Of a DNA stretch of 64,000 nt, positions 55,663-64,000 are shown piece by piece. Position 1 is the stretch's first letter. Each line of letters opens with the position of its first letter. The notes under the pieces were generated by a model, which was given only the letters and a program-made list of their open reading frames with translations, searched no databases and was not told the DNA's origin. The position numbers and the translations under genes are program-made. The stretch is from Macrostomum lignano (Eukaryota): the NCBI GenBank assembly GCA_002269645.1, contig NIVC01000426.1, forward strand, positions 1 through 64,000. The letters run 5' to 3'.

Positions 55663-55877
55663 CCTACTAAGCCTAAATACTAAAAAGGAAACAAAAAAGA
55701 AGAAACACAAAAGACGACAAATTGTTCAGCGTATTTTGTAATTTTTTTACTCCAACACGAGCGGCACAGACACTTGTCTCTATCGACACACAGAAGCTTC
55801 AGCCTGCGAGTCTGTCAGCAATCATGACGCACTGTCACAATTCGAATCTCTAAGAATCCATTCACAAATCCAGCCGT

Positions 55878-57031
55878 TCACTTGTGCCCGAAGGACTCGA
55901 TAATCTTCTGATACTTGGCCACCCGATCCTTGACCTTCTCGACGGCCTTGGAGCGAAGCTGGCGGTCGCGCAGCTGGCGCTTGTGAAAGTGAGCCGATTT
56001 CACCTTGCGCCTGCGCTCCAGGGTGCCAATCACGCCCTGGTATTTCCAGCCGACCTCGTGCGACAGGCGGCCGAGGACGCAGAACTTGCGGCGGGTCTTC
56101 AGCCGGAGGCACTTGAGCGCCGACGGCACCACCTGACGCTTGGCCTTGTCGTAGGGGCTGGGGATGCCCTCGAACACCTGGACGTGTGTGACGGCGGGTG
56201 TTGCGAAGTGATGGTGATAGAATTTCGGAGGAATCCGGGAGGGGATGCTAAGGATGGAGAATCGGGGAATTAAGGGATGCTGAGGATGGAGAACCGGGAA
56301 GGGGATGCTGAGGATGGAGAACCGGAAAGGGGATGCTGAGGATAGAGAATCGAAGAGAGGATGCAGCTGACGGAGAACAGGGGACGGGAATCTGAGGAGG
56401 AGAATCGGAGAGGGGATGCAGGTGATGGAGAGCCGGGGAGGGGAATCTGAGGATGGAGAATCGGAGAGGGGATGCAGGTGATGGAGAGCCGGGGAGGGGA
56501 ATCTGAGGATGGAGAATCGGAGAGGGGATGCAGGTGATGGAGAGCCGGGGAGGGGAATCTGAGGGTGAAGAATCGGAGAGAGGATGCAGCTGATGCAGCT
56601 GATGGAGAACCGGGGAGGGGAATCTGAGGATGGAGAATCGGATGGGATGATGCGGATGGAGAACCGGGGAGGGGATGCAGCGGATGGAGGATGGGGCCAG
56701 ACATGGAACAGCTGCTCACCTTCAAACGGTCAAGAGCCTCGGCGCCCCTGGCGAGCTTGTGCGGCAGCATGCCCCGCACGGTGCGCCAGAAGATCTTAGA
56801 CGGGGCGCGGAAGTGGTACGGTCCCCGACTGGGTTTAGTGTTAAGCCGCTTGCGCAGAAACTCGTGGTAGCGAGTCTTGTTGCGAAAGAAGGAGCCGGAG
56901 ATGTTGATGCCCTCGCAGCGGACAACTACAACGCGCTGGCCGAGGAGCAGCGTCTTGGCGACCACGGCAGCCAGACGGCCGAGAAGGTGGCCGCGAGCGT
57001 CGATAATCAACGGGCTGGATTTGAATCCCAT
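55878..57031 (-). CDS. RPL13A: 60S ribosomal protein L13a (uL13), 203 aa
   Basis: Exons 57031-56720 and 56177-55878: [53 protein letters not shown]|[19 protein letters not shown]. Confidence 0.97.
56195..56700. repeat. Degenerate minisatellite in the RPL13A intron (GGGGATGCTGAGGATGGAGAATCGG)
   Basis: Imperfect tandem copies. Confidence 0.85.
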
Positions 57032-57189
57032 TGCGGCATGCAATTGGGAGTTTTTTTAGGTTGGATTTGTATAGGAATCAAAGTTAGTGAGCTGTGCGGC
57101 AGTGGCTGCCTTTAGCAGATAAGCTCTATTTCTACTAACTATGAAAAAGCACATCAGATAAACCAAAGGCTGAGTAGACAAAACTAAAA

Positions 57190-57925
57190 GACCAGAGGAT
57201 AAGCCACAGGACCAATAGGAGAAGGCGGGTAAGCCACAGGACCAATAGAAGGCGGGTAGGGTAAGCCACAGGAACAATAGAAGGCGGGTAAGCCACAGGA
57301 CCAATAGAAGGCGGGTAAGCCACAGCCACAGGACCAATAGGAGAAGGCGGGTGGGTAAGCCACAGGACTAATAGGAGAAGGCGGATAAGCCACAGGACCA
57401 ATAGGAGAAGGCGGGTAAGCACAGGACCAATAGGAGAAGGCGGGTAAGCACAGGACCAATAGGAGAAGGCGGGTGGGTAAGCCACAGGGCCAATAGGAGA
57501 AGGCGGGTAAGCCACAGGACTAATAGAAGGCGGGTAAGCCACAGGACCGATAGGAGAAGGCGGGTAAGCCATAGGACCAATAGGAGAAGGCGGGTAAGCC
57601 ACAGGACCAATAGAAGGCGGGTAAGCCACAGGACCAATAGGAGAAGGCGGATAAGCCACAGGACCAATAGGAGAAGGCGGGTAAGCCACAGGACCAATAG
57701 GAGAAGGCGGGTAAGCCACAGGACCAATAGGAGAAGGCGGGTAAGCCACAGGACCAATAGGAGAAGGCGGGTAAGTCACAGGACCAATAGGAGAAGGCGG
57801 GTGGGTAAGCCACAGGACCAATAGGAGAAGGCGGGTGGGTAAGCCACAGGACCAATAGGAGAAGGCGGGTAAGTCACAGGACCAATAGGAGAAGGCGGGT
57901 AAGCCACAGGACCAATAGGAGAAGG
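57190..57925. repeat. 30 bp minisatellite TAAGCCACAGGACCAATAGGAGAAGGCGGG upstream of RPL13A
   Basis: About 25 copies, each with CCAAT and GGCGGG. Confidence 0.95.
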
Positions 57926-58928
57926 CGCATATGCCAAAGGATTGTAACACCTATCTGTAAACTATCTTTGCCAGCTCTAGTAGTTAAATTAATTAAAATG
58001 GAGTTAAAATCCATAGAAATAACAGTAAGTCAAAGTCAACAATGGTTTCCTACGCCAGACAACAGGTCAGAGAGTCCGTTGCATTGCTTTCATACTTGGA
58101 CAACTCAGTCAGCAACAATCAAACCTGACAAGTGATTTTTTTCATCCAATCAAATAGGAGCACACGCACAAAAATGGCCATAGATTCTGGCCCAGAAGAG
58201 AAAAACAATAGGCATTAATATATTATAATTATGAATATCGAATTGCAGGAGAAGTGTGTGTAAATTCATGGCGGCTCGAATATATGATAGATTAATAAAC
58301 TCACTCAATTAATTATGTTAAAGTGAACGCAAACAAACCGGTGATAATTAAGGGAAGCAAAATAAAGAGGGTTTAGGTGGTTAAAATTAGATTCTATATA
58401 TGGAGAAAGAGCAGGCAACAAAGGAAGCTAACACACAAGCACACATTCTAGACAATAAATTTAATAGTGTAAGCAATTCAGCTAAGGGGAAGAAGTGCGC
58501 AACTTCTCAAATTTTGATTTCTTATGTCTAGAAATAACAGTTTATTTTTTTCCATTGCATTCCTAGTGCGCAGAGAGAAACTTTGAATGTGTGAACCAAA
58601 AAGATAAACAAAATAAACAATAAGCAAGAAAAATAGCCAGACGAAAATCACAGAGTATTCACCCCAGAAACACGAGAAAACGCGGCTCAGGTAGGACGGG
58701 ATGCTTTTGTTTCTTAGAAAATGTTTACTCATCCTAGTTGGACACACATTGTGATTAAAAGTTTTTTATCTTAGAGACAAAACAGCCTTCAAAAGTATTT
58801 GGTTCTAAGAAACAAAGAATTCCGCCTGTCTACACCAGCCGTCTTTCATAGAACAAATAAAAGCGGTTAACGTGTTTAATTCAGCTACTGACAGTAGTTT
58901 CATTGCAAACAAATACGATAGTAGTTGT

Positions 58929-61900
58929 TCAACTTTCGTGATTAGCACTAGCGGCCGCCGCGGCCGAACCGGAGCTCTCAGTGTTGGCCTCCGGTTTCAT
59001 CGCCGGGAAGAACAGCACCTCCTTGATGTTGTTGGTGTCGGTCAGGAACATAGCAAGCCGGTCCAGTCCCAGACCCCAGCCGGCAGTTGGCGGCAGGCCC
59101 ATCTCTAATGCGCCGAGAAAAGTCTCGTCAACAAACATGGCCTCTTCGTCGCCTTGCGCTTTAGCAGCAGCCTGGGCTTCGAATAGCTGGCGTTGCACTA
59201 TGGGGTCGTTCAATTCCGTATAGGCGTTGCAAATCTCGCGTCGGCAGGCGAACAGTTCGAAGCGTTCCGTCAGGCCTGGGATGGACCGGTGCCACTTAGC
59301 CAGGGGAGACATGATCTGGCAATGGGGATGCGCGCGATTCTGTGCCGCAAGACTCAATTCACAGTACGTAAGACAGCATCTGAATTGCACGGTTCAAGCT
59401 AGCGCCTTCTTAACCATAAGTACCTTGGGATGCCCGCTACCCCTCCCTCATCAGTACCTCTGATGCTTGAGAATGCCCGCTACCCCTAATCAGTCCCTCT
59501 GATGCTTGAGAATGCCCGCTACCCCTAATCAGTCCCTCTGATGCTTGAGAATGCCCGCTACCCCTCATCAGTCCCTCTGATGCTTGAGAATGCCCGCTAC
59601 CCCTCATCAGTCCCTCTGATGTTTGAGATGCCTGCTAACCCCCTCATCAGTCCCTCTGATGTTTGAGATGCCTGCTAACCCCCTCATCAGTCCCTCTGAT
59701 GTTTGAGATGCCTGCTAACCCCCTCATCAGTCCCTCTGATGTTTGAGATGCCTGCTAACCCCCTCATCAGTCCCTGTGATGTTTGAGATGCCTGCTAACC
59801 CCCTCATCAGTCCCTCTGATGTTTGAGATGCCTGCTAACCCCCTCATCAGTCCCTCTGATGTTTGAGATGCCTGCTAACCCCCTCATCAGTCCCTCTGAT
59901 GCTTGAGATGCCTGCTAACCCCCTCATCAGTCCCTCTGATGTTTGAGCTGCCTGCTAACCCCCTCATCAGTCCCTCTGATGTTTGAGATGCCTGCTAACC
60001 CCCTCATCAGTCCCTCTGATGTTTGAGATGCCTGCTAACCCCCTCATCAGTCTCTCTGATGTTTGAGATGCCTTCTAACCCCCTCATCAGTCCCTCTGAT
60101 GTTTGAGCTGCCTGCTAACCCCCTCATCAGTCCCTCTGATGTTTGAGCTGCCGGCTAACCCCCTCATCAGTCTCTCTGATGTTTGAGATGCCGGCTAACC
60201 CCCTCATCAGTCTCTCTGATGTTTGAGATGCCTGCTAACCCCCTCATCAGTCTCTCTGATGTTTGAGATGCCGGCTAACCCCCTCATCAGTCCCTCTGAT
60301 GTTTGAGATGCCTGCTAACCCCCTTATCAGTCCCTCTGATGTTTGAGATGCCTGCTAACCCCCTCATCAGTCCCTCTGATGCTTGAGATGCCTGCTAACC
60401 CCCTCATCAGTCCCTCTGATGTTTGAGCTGCCTGCTAACCCCCTCATCAGTCCCTCTGATGTTTGAGATGCCTGCTAACCCCCTCATCAGTCCCTCTGAT
60501 GTTTGAGATGCCTGCTAACCCCCTCATCAGTCCCTCTGATGTTTGAGATGCCTGCTAACCCCCTCATCAGTCCCTCTGATGTTTGAGATGCCTGCTAACC
60601 CCCTCATCAGTCTCTCTGATGTTTGAGATGCCGGCTAACCCCCTCATCAGTCCCTCTGATGTCTGAGATGCCCGCTAACCCTCAGGTATCGATCGCTAAT
60701 AAAATGAACTCACCTGCGGATGGTTAATCAGGAAAGTGGGATTAATACACTCAGTCTCTAAGAAGTCGCCAGCCAGTTTGTCCAACAGGCGGGGCACTGT
60801 CCTGGGCGGCTGGCATTCTACGTTGCGCTCAACACAAAGCCGGTCGAATAGAGCCCTGTTAATCGGGGTCAGGGAGACTGGCATACAGGTATGATTAAGA
60901 TTAAGAGATTGGGGGATAAAAGGTGATCAGTAAAATGTAATAGAGACAATAAAGCATTGCTAATGAAGCAGTGTTAAAGGAAGGGTTAAGAGCTAGAGTG
61001 AATAATGGAAAAGTGAAGGGTCATGATGAGTGAGTGAAAGATCTGGATGAAGGGTGAGGGTGAAGGGTCTGGATGAAGGGTGAAGGTGAGGGTGAAGGGT
61101 CTGGATGAAGGGTGAGAGTGCAAGGTCTAGATAAAGGGTGAGGGTGAAGGGTGAAGGGTCTGGATGAAGGGTGAGAGTGCAAGGTCTAGATAAAGGGTGA
61201 GGGTGAAGGGTGAAGGGTCTGGATGAAGGGTGAGGGTGAAAGGTCTGGATGAAGGGTGAGGGTGAATGGTCTGGATGAAGGGTGAGGGTGAAGGGTCTGG
61301 ATGAAGAATGAGAGTGCAAGGTCTGGATAAAGGGTGAGGGTGAAGGGTCTGGATGAAGGGTGAGAGTGCAAGGTCTGGATAAAGGGTGAGGGTGAAGGGT
61401 CTGGATGAAGGGTGAGAGTGCAAGGTCTAGATAAAGGGTGAGGGTGAAGGGTGAAGGGTCTGGATGAAGGGTGAGGGTGAATGGTCTGGATGAAGGGTGA
61501 GAGTGCAAGGCCTAGATAAAGGGTGAGGGTGAAGGGTGAAGGGTCTGGATGAAGGGTGAGGGTGAATGGTCTGGATGAAGGGTGAGGGTCTGAATGAAGG
61601 GTGAGAGTGGCGGACAGAATATATGGTCAAAACCGCATGCCTCAACCTGTCAAATAATTAATACCTGGCTTCCTCCGTGCCCAGCGTATCCGGGGGAGGC
61701 AGCGCCACCCCAAGCCGTTTGCCCAGCTCGGCGTACAGATCCAACCGACGGAACGGCGGCGTGAAGTCCACCTCCCATTCCACACCTTCCTCCGGATGAT
61801 AGACGATCTTGTGAGATCCGGTGAGCTCCTTGACTAAGCCGGACAGAAGCTGCTCAGTGATGGCCATGAGATCATTGTAATCAGCGTAGGCCATGTAGAA

Positions 61901-63602
61901 CTCGCACATGGTGAACTCGGGATTATGAGTCATGTCGATGCCTTCATTGCGAAATTGTCGGCCAATTTCGTACACCCGATCGAAGCCGCCAACGATCAGC
62001 TGTTTGAGGAACAGCTCGGGAGCGACTCGAAGGTACAGATCTCGGTCAAGCTCGTTGTGATGCGTCACAAATGGCTTAGCAGTGGCGCCGCCAGGGATCA
62101 CGTTCATGATGGGTGTCTCAACCTCCAGGAAGCCCATCTGGTCTAGGAACCTGCGCCAGATGAATGAGAGTTAGCACTGTCTTGAAACTGAGTAGCTTTG
62201 AGTGATAATAATTCAAAATTCTACCCTAGAAGATAACGTTGCAGGATTAAAGAGGTCTGCATCCTCAGGACTCTGAGTGAAGAATCTTGAGCTCTTGAGA
62301 GTCACGGGATGAAGAATCTCACCCTTAGAGAGCCACAGGATTAAGAATCTCACCCTTAGAGAGCAGCAGGATGAAGAATCTCACCCTTAGAGAGCAGCAG
62401 GATTAAGAATCTCACCCCTAGAGAGCAGCAGGATGAAGAATCTCACCCTTAAGGCCGCAGGATTAAGAATCTCACCCTTTAGAGAGCCGCAGAATGGAGA
62501 ATCTCACCCCAAGAGAGCAGCAGGATGAAGAATTTCACTCTTAGAGAGCCGCAGGATAAGAATCTCACCCTTAGAGAGCCGCAGGAGAAGAATCTCACCC
62601 TTAGAGAGCCGCAGGAGAAGAATCTCACCCTTAGAGCCGCAGGATAAGAATCTCACCCTTAGAGAGCCGCAGGAGAAGAATCTCACCCTTAGAGCCGCAG
62701 GATAAGAATCTCACCCTTAGAGAGCCGCAGGATTAAGAATCTCACCCTTAGAGAGCCACAATATTAAAGAATCTCACCCTAGAGAGCAGCAGAATGAAGA
62801 ATCTCACCCTTTGAGAGCAGCAGGATTAAGAATCTCATCCTTAGAGAGCCGCAGGATTAAGAATCTCACCCTTAGAGAGCCACAATATTAAAGAATCTAA
62901 CCCCTAGAGAGCAGCAGAATGAAGAATCTCACCCTTTGAGAGGCACAGGATTAAGAATCTCATTCTTAGAGAGCCGCAGGATTAAGAATCTCACCCTTAG
63001 AGAGCCACAATATTAAAGAATCTCACCCTAGAGAGCAGCAGAATGAAGAATCTCACCCTTTGAGAGGCACAGGATTAAGAATTTCATCCTTAGAGAACCG
63101 CATGATTAAGAATCTCATCCTTAGAGAGCCGCAGGATTAAGAATCTCACCCTTGGAGCATATTCGATTCTGGGGGTCAAAGTTTTAGCTATAGTATTGGC
63201 TATTTAAAAATTTACGAACCTGCGAACATAGGTAATAATCCGAGCCCTCATGATGAACCGCTGTCGCACCTCAGAGTTAATGATCAGATCCAAATGTCGC
63301 TGTCTGAATCGAGTCTCCTTATCCTTGAGGCCATAGTGCAGATGCGGCAGCTGGCGAAGGCACGGTGCCAGCAGGCGCATCTCAGTAGGCAGGATGCTCA
63401 GCTCGCCCTTAGCCGACCGAGTCGGCTTGCCAATCACGCCGACAATGTCGCCTCGCTTGAGCTCCTCGTTGGTCTTGTGAAAGTCCGGCCCAGTGTAATT
63501 GCCAGCGTTGGCTAGAATTTGCAGCTTAGTGCCCTCGCCGCGGATATCGTAGAAAATCAGCTTTGAGCCCTGGCGGTGTAAATTTGGTAGTAGTATTAAT
63601 AT

Positions 63603-63649
<47 letters not shown>

Positions 63650-64000
63650 GCAGAAGCAGTAGTAGTAGTAGTAGTACTGTAGTAGTGGTAGTACTAGTAG
63701 TAACAGTAGTAGTAAAAACTCAAGTTACTCATAAAGAACAAATAGCGGTTATTAATAACCGCTGACTACTATTCTACTGCTTATGTGCATGCACATTAAG
63801 TAGTATAATCTTCAGCAAGTATAACAGTTAAGCACACAACACTACATGTAACTACGTAACTGCTATTTGGGCTACAGAATACAGATAGATAGATTATACT
63901 ATTCAATGCGTGCCCCTTAGTAGTAGTAGTAGTAGTAGTCGCCCTTGATATTCAATACTAAAAATAAGGCACAAATCAACATACCTGCAATCGCTTAGAG
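58929..64000 (-). CDS. KARS1: Lysyl-tRNA synthetase (class II), 3' part; 5' exons lie beyond the window
   Basis: Exons 64000-63985 (partial), 63569-63220, 62150-61665, 60855-60714 and 59315-58929 join in frame. OB-fold ([13 protein letters not shown]), FLEVETP, motif 2 ([18 protein letters not shown]) and motif 3 ([15 protein letters not shown]). Confidence 0.97.
59425..60685. repeat. 40 bp minisatellite CCCTCATCAGTCCCTCTGATGTTTGAGATGCCTGCTAACC in a KARS1 intron
   Basis: About 31 copies, each with a CATCAG/CTGATG hairpin. Confidence 0.96.
61020..61610. repeat. Minisatellite GGATGAAGGGTGAGGGTGAAGGGTCT in a KARS1 intron
   Basis: Imperfect tandem copies. Confidence 0.9.
62320..63152. repeat. 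~31 bp minisatellite GAATCTCACCCTTAGAGAGCCGCAGGATTAA in a KARS1 intron
   Basis: About 26 copies. Confidence 0.92.
63590..63712. repeat. (TAG)n microsatellite
   Basis: Direct reading. Confidence 0.9.

Noticed and set aside
56178-56719. Intronic snoRNAs, as in vertebrate RPL13A
   Set aside because: The intron is almost all minisatellite; no paired C/D boxes with terminal stem were seen.

Overview
Eukaryotic (animal) genomic DNA, not prokaryotic: GC-rich exons are separated by GT-AG introns, most of which are filled with minisatellites or microsatellites. This style resembles the flatworm Macrostomum, which is an inference only. Eight protein-coding genes can be reconstructed by hand. On the + strand: a FAM194/C3orf20-like gene (~1.9-8.3 kb) and a 13-exon secreted EGF/laminin-G (pikachurin-like) gene (25927-46808). 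On the - strand: an unidentified gene (~12-18 kb), an ENPP-family phosphodiesterase (19771-23344), and a co-oriented housekeeping cluster KARS1 > RPL13A > PSENEN > POP7 (49716-64000). Mobile elements include a 5'-truncated RNase H-bearing LINE with a 10-bp target-site duplication, a CORE-type SINE whose tail runs into a telomere-like array, and a candidate MITE. Most long ORFs in the supplied track are artefacts of tandem repeats. The best leads are: (1) a candidate trans-spliced operon, with PSENEN and POP7 only 107 nt apart; (2) a recurring pattern in which the two introns flanking an exon carry mutually reverse-complementary repeats, which could fold the pre-mRNA (back-splicing, exon skipping or dsRNA); (3) the SINE/telomere-like array junction; (4) a 272-bp satellite bracketed by GATA tracts. 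All exon coordinates were read by eye and need transcript confirmation.
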